Shown piece by piece: positions 1-10,953 of a stretch of DNA of 36,117 nucleotides. The notes under the pieces were generated by a model. It ran no database searches. It saw nothing but the letters and a program-made list of their open reading frames with translations, and had not been told where the DNA came from. Each line of letters opens with the position of its first letter. The stretch's first letter is position 1. Made by a program: the position numbers and the translations under genes. Source of the stretch: Acidobacteriota bacterium (GTDB taxonomy: Bacteria; Acidobacteriota; Vicinamibacteria; Vicinamibacterales; UBA2999); the NCBI GenBank assembly GCA_031415235.1, contig JANORI010000531.1, positions 1-36,117 on the forward strand, in the 5' to 3' direction.

Positions 1-1
1 C

Positions 2-214
2 CGGCGTAACCTCTTCGCCTTCTCGGTGGCGGCCTTTGAAGACGCGGTGAAGTTCGCGCCTGACAATCCCGAGTACCACTATCGGCTCGGGCTGGCGCTC
101 TCGAAGAATCACGAACCGGCCCGCGCCAAGGCATCGCTCAAGGCGGCGTTGGCGCTCGACCCGAAGTTCTCCGGGGCGGCCGACGCTGCGGCGCAGCTGG
201 CGGCCCTGCCGTAG
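2..214 (+). CDS. TPR-repeat protein, C-terminal fragment (5' end outside window)
   Basis: The frame is open from base 2 with no stop before TAG at 212-214. The sequence ...FEDAVKFAPDNPEYHYRLGLALSKNHEPARAKASLKAALALDP reads as TPR-like helix pairs. Confidence 0.5.
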   Translation, partial: RRNLFAFSVAAFEDAVKFAPDNPEYHYRLGLALSKNHEPARAKASLKAALALDPKFSGAADAAAQLAALP

Positions 215-249
215 CCGACGCGTCTCGGCCCTGGCGCATCGGGCGCCGT

Positions 250-1437
250 TCAGGCGCGGGTCCCGACCGCGGCTCGCACGACATCGATCATCTGCGCTCG
301 CGGTCCCAGCCACGAAAGGCCCGACAGGTCGACGCTCGAGGCGAGCGAGCGCCGCTCTTCTGGGGACATCTCGAGCAGGCGCACGATACCCGCCGCGAAC
401 TGGTCGGCGGCGTCTGCCACCGTGCAGCCTTGGCCCACTCCGTCTGGGAGCCCCTCGCAGACGGCGGTCGTGGTCACCACGGGTACCCCGGCCGCGAGCG
501 CTTCGAGCACCTTGTTCTGCAGGCCGCGCGCGGTGTGCAGAGGGGCCACCGAGACGGCGGCCCGCCACAAGTAGTCGCGCGTATGGGGCACCGCGCCAGT
601 CACGGTCACGCCTGGCGCTGCAAGCGCGCGCACGACCGCCGACGGCTGGCTCCCGACGATCTCGAGCAGCGCATCGGGGTGCCGCGCCACAACCGCTGGC
701 CACACTTCGGTGACGAGCCACGATGCGCCCGCTTCATTCGGCGCGTAGTTCATCACGCCGCAGAACACGACTGTGCGCGAGGGCGGCGCCGGGCCTGCGG
801 GCCTGAAGTCGTCGATGTCGACGCCGTTGGGCAGCACCCGCACGTCGGCGGCCGGCGCCATGGCGCTCAGCACCGCGCGTTCCTTCTCGTTGATGACGAG
901 GGTGGTCACGGCTCGTTCGGTCGCGCGCGTTTCGAAGGCCGACAGCACCCGCGCCTCCCGGCGATACACCCAGCGCTTGGGCGGTCGGGTCACCTCGCCG
1001 AGCTGCTGCCACTTCTGCGAGTCGACATCCACCATGTCGAGCACGCATGGAACTGCCGAGAGCGGCTCGCGAAGCACGAACTTCGCCATGCCGCTGCAGA
1101 ACGCCACCACCACCGACGGACGTCGCGCCGCAACGACGCGTCGCAGCACGCCGTCGATCGTGGGCGCGTCGAGCAGCACGTGGGTGAGCGGCTCGGTTCC
1201 TGGCAAGGCAAATGGCACCCGCAGCCAACGCGAGACTCCGGCGACCGGCGCGGTCGACACGGTCATGCCGCGCGCGGCGACCTCGCCAACGTGCGAGGCC
1301 TCTTCGTCGTCGTGCACGAGCGACACCACATCGACGTCGAAGGCCTGGCGCAGTCCTTCGAGCAAGTGGAAGGAGCGAATGCGATCACCGCGGTTGGGCG
1401 CATATGGCAGCCGGTGCGTGAGGTACAACACTCTCAC
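250..1437 (-). CDS. Glycosyltransferase, 'sugar transferase PEP-CTERM/EpsH1 system associated' (stp1-like)
   Basis: This is the C-terminal 395 codons of the 646-aa track ORF. The N-terminus VRVLYLTHRLPYAPNRGDRIRSFHLL matches the hallmark start of the stp1 family as I recall it. GTG at 1437 overlaps the TGA of the upstream gene (GTGA). The upstream 251 codons are Arg/Pro-rich shadow lying over the acetyltransferase gene. Confidence 0.8.
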   Translation of the reverse strand: MRVLYLTHRLPYAPNRGDRIRSFHLLEGLRQAFDVDVVSLVHDDEEASHVGEVAARGMTVSTAPVAGVSRWLRVPFALPGTEPLTHVLLDAPTIDGVLRRVVAARRPSVVVAFCSGMAKFVLREPLSAVPCVLDMVDVDSQKWQQLGEVTRPPKRWVYRREARVLSAFETRATERAVTTLVINEKERAVLSAMAPAADVRVLPNGVDIDDFRPAGPAPPSRTVVFCGVMNYAPNEAGASWLVTEVWPAVVARHPDALLEIVGSQPSAVVRALAAPGVTVTGAVPHTRDYLWRAAVSVAPLHTARGLQNKVLEALAAGVPVVTTTAVCEGLPDGVGQGCTVADAADQFAAGIVRLLEMSPEERRSLASSVDLSGLSWLGPRAQMIDVVRAAVGTRA

Positions 1438-2027
1438 GAGCTGGCTTCGTCCCGTCGCGACCGGATCACCTTCGCGGGTACCCCACCGACAATCGTGTAG
1501 TCGGGCACCGGCGTGGTCACGACGGCGCCGGCGGCCACGATGGCGTGGCGTCCCACGTCGGCCAAGATGACCGCCCCGTTGCCGATCCACGCGCCTTCTC
1601 GAACGTGCACGCAAACGGGCGTCCCTGGCTGGTCCCTGATCGGAATGTCGAGCCGGGCGATGCCGTGTGTGTGGGGTCCGCTCGGAATCTGCACGCCGGC
1701 GGCAATCAGCACATCGCGCTCCACGTGCACCCAGCCGACGTTGCAATGCGGCCCGAGGTAGGCGTTGCCGTCGAGGCGCACTTGCGTCGTCGAGAACAGG
1801 CAGCCGGCGCCAATCACGGTGTCGGGGCCGCATCCGCGCGTGGTCGCCGCGAGGAACGCGCGCCGCAGGTACTGTCCGAGCAGACCCGGCACAAGCGCCA
1901 GCCACTCCATCGACGCCTGGAAGGCGCGGTCGCGACCCATGACGAGGGCCCGTACTTCCAGCGACGCGCGCACCGGCAGCACCGCTACGCCCGCCAGCCC
2001 GCGGGCCAGCGACTTGGCCGCGCTCAT
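1434..2027 (-). CDS. Hexapeptide-repeat (left-handed beta-helix) acyl/acetyltransferase
   Basis: Hexapeptide signature WIGNGAVILADVGRHAIVAAGAVVTTPVPDYTIVGGVPAKVI is present. ATG at 2027 overlaps the TGA of the upstream glycosyltransferase (ATGA). The stop overlaps the next gene's GTG. Confidence 0.8.
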   Translation of the reverse strand: MSAAKSLARGLAGVAVLPVRASLEVRALVMGRDRAFQASMEWLALVPGLLGQYLRRAFLAATTRGCGPDTVIGAGCLFSTTQVRLDGNAYLGPHCNVGWVHVERDVLIAAGVQIPSGPHTHGIARLDIPIRDQPGTPVCVHVREGAWIGNGAVILADVGRHAIVAAGAVVTTPVPDYTIVGGVPAKVIRSRRDEASS

Positions 2028-3271
2028 GCCCGGGCATCCTTTTCGACGCGCTCGCGCACGAGCCGGTCGTAGATGTCTTCCAGCGTCGCGACCCGTCGGG
2101 CAAACGAGAGTTCGGTCTCGACCCGCTGCCGAGCGGCCATGGCCAGGGCGCGTCCGCGCGCCGGGTCATCGGCCAGTGCCGCCATCGCACGCGCCAGTCC
2201 GTCGCGGTCTCCGCAGTTCACGAGCAAGCCGTGCAGGCCGTCCTGGGCGATCTCGGCAGTGCCACCGGCGCGGGTGGCGACGACGGGCGTGCCGAGCGCC
2301 ATCGCCTCGAGCACGGCGTTGGGCGTGCCTTCATAGTCGGATGCCTGCACGAACACGTCGAACGCATGATGCAGCATGGGGACGTCGGTGCGATGCCCGA
2401 GCAGGTGCACGCGGGCGCCGGCCGCTCCGAGGCGTTCAGCCTGCTGCCGCAGGGCGGCCAGACTCGACCCCTCGCCCACGATGACCAACTGGGCCCGGTC
2501 GCGGGCGATGGCGGCAAACGCCTCGATGAGCAAGTCGAACCGCTTCTGCGGCTCGGCACGTCCGACGGAGCCGAACACGACCGCGTCGGCCGGCAGTCCG
2601 AGCGCAGCACGGGCCGAGGGCTCCTGCGCGGAATCGCGCCGGAACTTCGCCGGGTCAATCGCATTCAGCACGGTCGTCACGCGCTCGGGACGTGCTCCGG
2701 AAGCGATGAGCACCTGCCGGATCTCCTCGGACACCGCAATGACCTGCGCATATCGCGCCAGCAGCCAGCGGTCGCCGGGATAGTAAACACGTTGTTCCTT
2801 CCACGAATGCCCGGTCCAGCCGTGTGCGGTGGCCAGCGGGATCACGCCCTCGAGGCGCGCCAGCAGCAGCCCCAGCAGATCGGTCTTATACTCGTGCGCA
2901 TGCACGATGTCGATCCGGCGATCGCGCACGATCTGCCGGAGCGCTGGCAGCACGGCTGGGTCAATCGAATGACGCTCGGTCACCTCGAGGTACGGGATGC
3001 CGAGCGACTTCGCCCACGCGTCGATGCCGAAGACGCCGTCGCGCGCGTCGCGGATATAGCAGACCGCAATCTCGGCGCGGCGTTTGTCGGTGAGCGCGGC
3101 GCCGAGCAGGATGGTCTTTTCCGGGCCGCCGCCCGTGCCGCGCACGCTGCGCAGTTCGAGCACGCGCACGGGTCGGCCGCCGGCAATCACGAACGCCTCG
3201 ACCGCGGAATGGACCGACGCAGACGAAACGTCGGAGTCGGGAGGCCTGACATCTGGGGCGACAGGATACAC
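2024..3271 (-). CDS. GT4-family (GT-B) glycosyltransferase
   Basis: GT4 C-terminal signature ASDYEGTPNAVLEAMALGTPVVATRAGGTAEI is present, with N-terminal VRVLELRSVRGTGGGPEKTIL. The longest ORF starts at GTG 3271. GTG 3169 (VRVLEL) is an equally plausible true start. Confidence 0.8.
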   Translation of the reverse strand: MYPVAPDVRPPDSDVSSASVHSAVEAFVIAGGRPVRVLELRSVRGTGGGPEKTILLGAALTDKRRAEIAVCYIRDARDGVFGIDAWAKSLGIPYLEVTERHSIDPAVLPALRQIVRDRRIDIVHAHEYKTDLLGLLLARLEGVIPLATAHGWTGHSWKEQRVYYPGDRWLLARYAQVIAVSEEIRQVLIASGARPERVTTVLNAIDPAKFRRDSAQEPSARAALGLPADAVVFGSVGRAEPQKRFDLLIEAFAAIARDRAQLVIVGEGSSLAALRQQAERLGAAGARVHLLGHRTDVPMLHHAFDVFVQASDYEGTPNAVLEAMALGTPVVATRAGGTAEIAQDGLHGLLVNCGDRDGLARAMAALADDPARGRALAMAARQRVETELSFARRVATLEDIYDRLVRERVEKDARA

Positions 3272-3363
3272 CCTATGGTATCGTAATCATTGCGCCGTCG
3301 GCGGGAGGTCGCTGCACGATTCAGCCGGCGACGAGGTTCTCGCCGCCGCACGATGTCGCCACG

Positions 3364-6039
3364 GTGTGCGTGTCACGCACGCCTGCTGCACACCCGAGCG
3401 CACATGATCGCCAGCTGCCACAGTCCCGCGTTCCGCTGCCCAGTAGCGGCGGCGCACGTCCGCCGGTGACGGAGCCCGCCGTGCTGGGTCGTCTGACGGC
3501 GCGGCCCACCTCGGCCGCCCCGAGGCATGGGGAACCGATCACCGTCGGCGTGCCCCTGCCCCGCGGTCGGGTGCGCGATGTCGCCACCCTCGTGGCCGTC
3601 GTGGGCGAGGCGCTCCCGACGCAGGCCCGCGCACTCGAATATTGGACCGATGGCAGCGTGCGTTGGGCGCTACTCGACACGCGCGTCGACCTGCCGCCAG
3701 GCGGCGCCGAGATTCTCGTGCGCGACGATCTGCGGGCGCCTGCGCCGTCGCATCCGCTTACCCTCAGCCTGTCGGCGCGGCAGGCCTCGGTCACGAGCGG
3801 CTCATGGCGGGTCGATCTGGATCTGGACCGCGGCCATCCGTTTACGGCCGTGCTCGACCACGAGCGGCCGGTGATCGAGGCGCCGCTCGCGGCGGTGCTG
3901 CTGCGCGACGCCGACGGGCGCCCGTTGCCGGTGCGCTATTGCGCCATCGAGGTCGAGGTCACCGGCCCGCTGCGGGTGGTGCTGCGCATCGACGGGGAAG
4001 CGTCGGGCGCGCAGGGCGCGCGGCTCAACACGAGCCTGCGGCTCACGTTCGTGGCCGGGTTGCCGGCAATGGGCATTGAACTGCGCCTGCACAACCCGAG
4101 GGCCGCCGTGCATCCCGGTGGATTGTGGGAGCTGGGCGATGCCGGTTCAGTTCTTCTGCGCGACGCCGTCGTGCGCCTGCCGGTCACCGTCCCTCTTCAG
4201 ACGTGTCGCGTGTCGCTCGAGCGCGACGCGCCCCTGGCTGACGTCGGATTGCCGTTCTCGGTGACCCAGCACTCGAGCGGCGGCGAGCACTGGGCAAGTA
4301 CGGCGCACGCCAATCGCACCGGCGACGTCACCCTCGACCGCCGCGGCTACACCGCGCGGGCCGGCGCTGCCGACTCGGCCGGCCTACGCGCGAACCCGGT
4401 GGTGGTTGCCGGATTCCCAGGCGGCATGCTCTGCGTCGCGGCCGAACGCTTCTGGGAGGTGTTCCCCAAGGCGCTGGACGTGCGCGCCGATGGCGCGCTC
4501 ACGGTGTCGTGTCTGCCGGCGGGCCGTGATCCGCATGAACTCCAGGGCGGGGAGCGCTGCGACTACGAGTTCTGGATCGGGTGGGGCGCCGACGGCGTCA
4601 CCGACCTGCCACTCGAGTGGCGCCGTGCCCCGGCGACTGTCCTTCCGGAGGCGCAGGCGGTCGCCGTCGCCGAACTCCTTCCCGGTCTGGAGCCGGCTCG
4701 AGCCGGCGAGAATCCCGTGTACGAGCGCCTCATCGGGGCGGCCCTGGACGGCGCCGACACCTTTGTCGCCAAGCGCGAGCGCATCGACGAGTACGGCTGG
4801 CGGCACTACGGCGACCTGTATGCGGATCACGAGAACGGACCCGAGCCGGGCCGCCAGATCGTCTCGCACTACAACAATCAGTACGATGCGGTGCATGGTC
4901 TCGCGCTCCAGGCGTTGCGGCACGATGACCACCGCTGGTGGGAGTTGGCGCGCGACCTGGCGCGGCACGTCTCGCGCATCGACGTCTACTGGACGTCCGA
5001 GGATCGCGCGGCCTACAACGGCGGACTGTTCTGGCACACCGCGCACTACACCGCCGCCGGCCGGTCAACTCACCGGACGTATCCCAGGGACGCCGGGCTC
5101 GACGGCGGAGGGCCGTCGAATGAGCACTGCTATTCGCATGGCCTGCTGCTGCACCACGTCCTGACCGGCGACCCGACGAGCCGCGACGCGGTCGTGAGCC
5201 TGGCCAATTGGGTGATTGCGATGGACGACGGCCGCGCGGCGCGTTGGCCGCTGCCCTGGTTGAGCAGCGCCTCAACCGGCGCGGCAAGCGCGACGGCGAC
5301 GGGCGACTACCACGGTCCTGGTCGCGGATCCGCCAACACCGTCCTCGCGCTGTTGAACGCGCACCGGCTGACCGGCGATGAGCGCTATCTGGCCAAGGCC
5401 GACGAACTGGTCGCACGAGTCGTGCATCCTGACGACGACCTCGAGGCGCTCGTGCTGCTCGACACCGAGAGACGCTGGTCGTACACCGTACTGCTGCAGG
5501 CGCTCGGGCGATACCTGTTGACGCGTGTCGAACTGGGCCGTCGCGACGAGCGCTGGGACTACGCCCGCGCCGTCCTGCTGCACTACGCCGGATGGATGGC
5601 CGACCACGAGCATCTGTACTTGGAGAAGCCTGCCCATCTCGAGTTCCCCACCGAGACGTGGGCGGCGCAAGATGTCCGCAAAGCGGAGGTGTTCGACCTG
5701 GCTGCCATCCATGCCGCCACCGGCGCGGAGCGCGAGCGGTTTCTCGCCTGCGCCGTCGACTTCCACCGGCGGTCGCTCGCGATGCTGGCGTCGATGGCCA
5801 CCCGGACGCGCACCCGTCCGGTCGTGCTGCTGCTGTCGTACGGCTTCTCGAGGCCCTGGTTCGAGCGTCACGCGCGACTCGCGCCGCTCGACCCTCTGCC
5901 GCCGCGCGCGTGGCCGCCGCGCGCGGGGTTCGTGCCGCAGCGGACCGTCGCAGTGCGGCGCCTCGAGGCCGTCGCCGTCGCCGTCGCCGCCGCAGTGGCC
6001 GGGGCGGCCGCGCTCTTGCTGCGCCGGTTCCTCCTGTAG
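3364..6039 (+). CDS. Large PcRGLX/YetA-like (exo-rhamnogalacturonan-lyase family-like) protein with C-terminal hydrophobic tail
   Basis: The N-terminal motif GEPITVGVPLPRG...YWTDGSVRWALLD resembles the first domain of the PcRGLX/YetA family as I remember it. The middle region HYNNQYDAVHGLALQAL...GGLFWHTAHY suggests an alpha/alpha-barrel. The last 25 aa, AVAVAVAAAVAGAAALLLRRFLL, form a hydrophobic helix followed by Arg-Arg. The start is uncertain: GTG 3364, GTG 3466, or GTG 3481 (GGAG lies 6 nt upstream of 3481). No signal peptide is evident. Confidence 0.6.
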   Translation: MCVSRTPAAHPSAHDRQLPQSRVPLPSSGGARPPVTEPAVLGRLTARPTSAAPRHGEPITVGVPLPRGRVRDVATLVAVVGEALPTQARALEYWTDGSVRWALLDTRVDLPPGGAEILVRDDLRAPAPSHPLTLSLSARQASVTSGSWRVDLDLDRGHPFTAVLDHERPVIEAPLAAVLLRDADGRPLPVRYCAIEVEVTGPLRVVLRIDGEASGAQGARLNTSLRLTFVAGLPAMGIELRLHNPRAAVHPGGLWELGDAGSVLLRDAVVRLPVTVPLQTCRVSLERDAPLADVGLPFSVTQHSSGGEHWASTAHANRTGDVTLDRRGYTARAGAADSAGLRANPVVVAGFPGGMLCVAAERFWEVFPKALDVRADGALTVSCLPAGRDPHELQGGERCDYEFWIGWGADGVTDLPLEWRRAPATVLPEAQAVAVAELLPGLEPARAGENPVYERLIGAALDGADTFVAKRERIDEYGWRHYGDLYADHENGPEPGRQIVSHYNNQYDAVHGLALQALRHDDHRWWELARDLARHVSRIDVYWTSEDRAAYNGGLFWHTAHYTAAGRSTHRTYPRDAGLDGGGPSNEHCYSHGLLLHHVLTGDPTSRDAVVSLANWVIAMDDGRAARWPLPWLSSASTGAASATATGDYHGPGRGSANTVLALLNAHRLTGDERYLAKADELVARVVHPDDDLEALVLLDTERRWSYTVLLQALGRYLLTRVELGRRDERWDYARAVLLHYAGWMADHEHLYLEKPAHLEFPTETWAAQDVRKAEVFDLAAIHAATGAERERFLACAVDFHRRSLAMLASMATRTRTRPVVLLLSYGFSRPWFERHARLAPLDPLPPRAWPPRAGFVPQRTVAVRRLEAVAVAVAAAVAGAAALLLRRFLL

Positions 6040-6069
6040 TCAGCGGGATTGCGTGCACTGGCGCGCCGC

Positions 6070-6137
6070 TAGACATCTCCTATGGCCGACGTCGTGACGA
6101 ATGAAGCAAGTGTTCCGTCGGCCATGGGAGATGTCTA
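6070..6137. repeat. Inverted repeat with 22-nt arms and a 24-nt loop (long stem-loop), followed by a 7-bp GC hairpin at 6139-6155
   Basis: Left arm is tagacatctcctatggccgacg (6070-6091). Right arm is cgtcggccatgggagatgtcta (6116-6137). They are complementary at 21 of 22 positions, and the exception is a G-U pair in plus-strand RNA. The repeat begins 31 nt after the stop at 6039. No U-tract follows. Confidence 0.85.
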
Positions 6138-6313
6138 CGCCCGGCGGAGCCGGGCCAGGAGACACTGCCCTAGCGAAGCGGAGCCCACCCGGCTCTTCCG
6201 GGCGGCTTGAGGCGGAGCTTTGCTAGCGTCCCGCGCGCGGCGTGCCTCGCCTCCCGGCATCGGGCAGCTGTGATACCGTCATTTCTTCGCCACCCGACCC
6301 GCACAACCGCGCA

Positions 6314-7663
6314 ATGCGATCCATCCTCATCCTGATCCTGATTGCAATTGGCTTCACCGGCTCGCTCTTCAGCCGGCACATCGGGCTGCTCACGTACGTG
6401 TGGTTCGCGTTGTTCCGCCCGCTCGAGTGGGTGTTCTGGTACCTGGTACCGTACCGGCTCTCGCTCGTGTCGGGCCTGCTGCTGCTCGTCCCGTGCCTTT
6501 TTTCCGGCATCCTGCCCAACTTCTCCCATCCGCTCACCATCCTCAGCTGGCTGTTCATGGCGTTGACCCTCGTCGCGCAGACGACGAGCTATCTGAACCC
6601 GGACTGGGCGTGGGTCGACCAGCTCGCCAGGCTCATGATCGTGTCCGCCCTGGCGGTCACGCTGCTCAACACGCGCCAGAAGCTCTCGCAGTTCGTCGCC
6701 GTGATCGCCGGCTCGTTCGCGTTCTACTCGGCCAAGGCCGGCATCGTCACGCTCACAACCGGCGGCGTGCGCTTCTCGGATGGCCAGGCCGGCTCGTTCG
6801 TGGACAACAACGGCTACGCCCTGGCCATCAACATGGCCATTCCTCTGATGGCCGCCACTGGCGCGACGCTGATGGCCGATCTGCCCGGTCTGAAGTTCAT
6901 GCGCCTCGGCTTCCTGGTGGCCGTGCCGCTCAGTGTCTTCACCGTGATCGGCACGATGTCGCGCGCCGGGCTGCTGGCGCTCGCGACGCTCGCTTTGATC
7001 CTGGCACTCCTGCAGCGCCGGCCGATGCTGTGGACGGCGGGCCTGGTAGTGGCGGCCGTCCTCACCTACAACTTCGCGCCGATGCCCGAGGGTTACCTGG
7101 AGCGAGTGGAGACGATCACCACTTACAACGAGGTCGGCGAGGGGTCGGCGCTCGGCCGGCTGCACTTCTGGCGCGTCGCGGTGCGGATGGTCGAAGCCAA
7201 CCCGTTGGGCGTCGGACTGCGGCAGTACGACACGGCCTACGACGACTACGACGACTCAGGCGGTCTCTTCGGCAGCAAGCGCTCGGTCCACAACAGTCAC
7301 CTGCAGGTGTTGTCGGAGCTCGGCTACGCCGGATTCGTCGTCTGGGTCGCGGCCTTCGGTTACGCGCTCACCGTGGGACTGCGGATCCGGTTCGCGGCCA
7401 CCAAGCTGGCTGGCCTCACCGACGAGGAGCGTCGGTTCTACGTGTCGATGGCGACGGCCCTCCTGGCCTCGATGTGCGCGTTTATCGTGGGCGGCACCTT
7501 CATCGCGGCCGCCAACAACGAATTGACCTGGCTCACGTTTGCCAGCCTCGCCGCCCTGCAGCGCGAGTTCCGCGTCCGAACGGCCGCGCTGGTCCCGGCC
7601 CTCGCCACAGCTGTGCGCCCCGCGCCGGTCATGCCGGTCCCGCGCCGCAAAGCCATCGCGTGA
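6314..7663 (+). CDS. O-antigen ligase/polymerase-like (Wzy_C) polytopic membrane protein, exosortase-A-associated type
   Basis: There are about 10 or more hydrophobic helices and a large loop, ...SRAGLLALATLALILALLQ...HNSHLQVLSELGYAGF, typical of O-antigen ligase-like proteins. The start is placed at ATG 6314 (MRSILILILIAIG). The 24 codons upstream in the track ORF are non-hydrophobic and lie in the intergenic hairpin region. Confidence 0.8.
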   Translation: MRSILILILIAIGFTGSLFSRHIGLLTYVWFALFRPLEWVFWYLVPYRLSLVSGLLLLVPCLFSGILPNFSHPLTILSWLFMALTLVAQTTSYLNPDWAWVDQLARLMIVSALAVTLLNTRQKLSQFVAVIAGSFAFYSAKAGIVTLTTGGVRFSDGQAGSFVDNNGYALAINMAIPLMAATGATLMADLPGLKFMRLGFLVAVPLSVFTVIGTMSRAGLLALATLALILALLQRRPMLWTAGLVVAAVLTYNFAPMPEGYLERVETITTYNEVGEGSALGRLHFWRVAVRMVEANPLGVGLRQYDTAYDDYDDSGGLFGSKRSVHNSHLQVLSELGYAGFVVWVAAFGYALTVGLRIRFAATKLAGLTDEERRFYVSMATALLASMCAFIVGGTFIAAANNELTWLTFASLAALQREFRVRTAALVPALATAVRPAPVMPVPRRKAIA

Positions 7664-8799
7664 GGCCGCCCCGCGTGCTGCAGGTCGTCCTGCAGCTGGA
7701 CCCTGGCGGCACTGAACGCCTTGTCATCGAGATGGTGCGGCGGTTGCACACACAGGTGTCGATGGCCGTCTGCTGCCTGGACGCGGCGGGCGCCTGGGCC
7801 GACCGCGTGACCGCTCTCGGCGTGCCCGTCCATGTGCTCGGCCGGCAGCCCGGCTTTCAGCCGCGCCTGTCGTTCGCGCTCGCCGCCATCGCCCGGCGCA
7901 TGCGTGCCGACGTGCTCCACTGCCATCACTACTCGCCGTTCGTGTACGGGCGGCTTGCCACGCTGATTGCCGGCGGCGCCCGGGCCATCTACACCGAGCA
8001 TGGCCGGCTTTCCGACGCGCCGCCGTCTCCCAAGCGCCGGATGGCCAACGCACTGCTGATGGCTGGCGCGCAGCAGCTGTTCTCGGTGTCGCACGACTTG
8101 CGGGCGCATCTGCTGAAGGAAGGCGTGCCGAGCCGGATGCAGGTCATCTGGAATGGGATTGACCCAGGGGAGCCGCCCACCGGGGCCGCCCGAGCGGCAG
8201 CCCGCGCCGCGCTCGGCGTGACCGACGAGGCCTGTGTCGTGGGCACGGTTGCGCGCCTCGACCCGGTCAAGGATCTCGGCACGCTCGTCACGGCGGTCGC
8301 CCAGGCCGGGCGGGTGAATCCCAGCGTGCGGCTCGTCGTCGTGGGCGACGGACCCGAGCGGGCCGCTCTCGAGCGCGCCGCGCACGCACACGGGGCCACG
8401 GGGCGCGTGCAGTTCCTGGGGCATCGTGACGACGCCCGGGCGATCCTCGCCGGCGTGGACGTCTTTGCCAACAGCTCCACGAGCGAGGGTATCTCACTGA
8501 CGCTGCTCGAAGCGATGGCGGCCGAACTGCCGATCGTGGCGACGAGCGTTGGGGGCACGCCCGAGGTGGTCGTCGACGGCGAGACCGGGCGCCTGGCACC
8601 CGCGCGCGATGCGGCCGGGTTGGCCGCGGCCTTGCTCGACGTCGCGGGGGACCCGGCTCGGGCTCGTGCCTGGGGCAGGGCCGGCCGCCAGCGACTGTTA
8701 CAGTACTTCACGATCGACGAGATGGTGCGCCGGTACGCGGCGGTGTACCGCGGCGAGTCCGAGGCTGGCGCTGACGACTCGTCGGCCCGGTTACAATGA
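7660..8799 (+). CDS. Glycosyltransferase, 'sugar transferase PEP-CTERM/EpsH1 system associated' (stp2-like, GT4)
   Basis: This is the C-terminal 379 codons of the 799-aa track ORF. It reads VRPPRVLQVVLQLDPGGTERLVIEMVRRL... with GT4 motif NSSTSEGISLTLLEAMAAELPIVATSVGGTPEVV. GTG 7660 overlaps the TGA at 7661-7663 of the ligase-like gene. GTG 7675 is an alternative start. Confidence 0.8.
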   Translation: MRPPRVLQVVLQLDPGGTERLVIEMVRRLHTQVSMAVCCLDAAGAWADRVTALGVPVHVLGRQPGFQPRLSFALAAIARRMRADVLHCHHYSPFVYGRLATLIAGGARAIYTEHGRLSDAPPSPKRRMANALLMAGAQQLFSVSHDLRAHLLKEGVPSRMQVIWNGIDPGEPPTGAARAAARAALGVTDEACVVGTVARLDPVKDLGTLVTAVAQAGRVNPSVRLVVVGDGPERAALERAAHAHGATGRVQFLGHRDDARAILAGVDVFANSSTSEGISLTLLEAMAAELPIVATSVGGTPEVVVDGETGRLAPARDAAGLAAALLDVAGDPARARAWGRAGRQRLLQYFTIDEMVRRYAAVYRGESEAGADDSSARLQ

Positions 8800-8840
8800 T
8801 GCGCATGCGCTGGTCGCCGAGAGCCCGGGGGTAGGCGGCA

Positions 8841-10751
<1,911 letters not shown>

Positions 10752-10773
10752 CCACACGATTACGAAACTGATC

Positions 10774-10820
10774 GCCGTACGCGCGTGGTTTCTCGCGCGC
10801 CTTGCACCGACGTGTACGGC
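10774..10820 (+). terminator. Possible stem-loop after the amidotransferase gene
   Basis: The inner stem is cgcgcg (10780-10785) with cgcgcg (10794-10799) around an 8-nt loop, tggtttct. The outer arms are gccgtac (10774-10780) and gtacggc (10814-10820). No U-tract follows. Confidence 0.3.
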
Positions 10821-10953
10821 GTCTGCCCGGCAGGTTCACTGACAGTCTCGTAAGTCCCAGGCCGAGATCGGCCGTGGCGCGTCCGCTGAGCGTGTGCCGC
10901 GTGAGTTGCGCAAGTGCGTGCGCGCGCAATGACTTAGCGGCCATTTCGCGAGA

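Noticed and set aside
1438-2190. Upstream extensions of track ORFs: 250-2190, 6400-7659, 6242-6313, 10802-11062, 13468-13641, 16766-17047, 17686-17841, 25623-25730 and 30682-30966.
   Set aside because: The extensions overlap neighbouring real genes or promoter regions. They lack family sequence. Internal starts with Shine-Dalgarno-like sequences, signal peptides or 4-nt stop/start overlaps fit better.
5950-6039. The C-terminal hydrophobic helix plus Arg-Arg of the PcRGLX-like protein, considered as a possible PEP-CTERM sorting signal.
   Set aside because: No Pro-Glu-Pro (or VPEP-like) motif precedes the helix, and the basic cluster is only RR followed by FLL. It is better described as a generic tail anchor.
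6082-6210. 42-codon ATG ORF (MADVVTNEASVPSAMGDVYARRSRARRHCPSEAEPTRLFRAA) spanning the long inverted repeat.
   Set aside because: It has no Shine-Dalgarno sequence. Its composition is dictated by the palindrome, since the ATG sits inside both arms. Nothing distinguishes it from a chance ORF.
6195-6216. GG...TTTGC sequence (gaGGcggagctTTGCt) upstream of the ligase-like gene, considered as a sigma-54 promoter.
   Set aside because: The GG to GC spacing is 9 nt, not 10, and the -24 half does not match GGCA.
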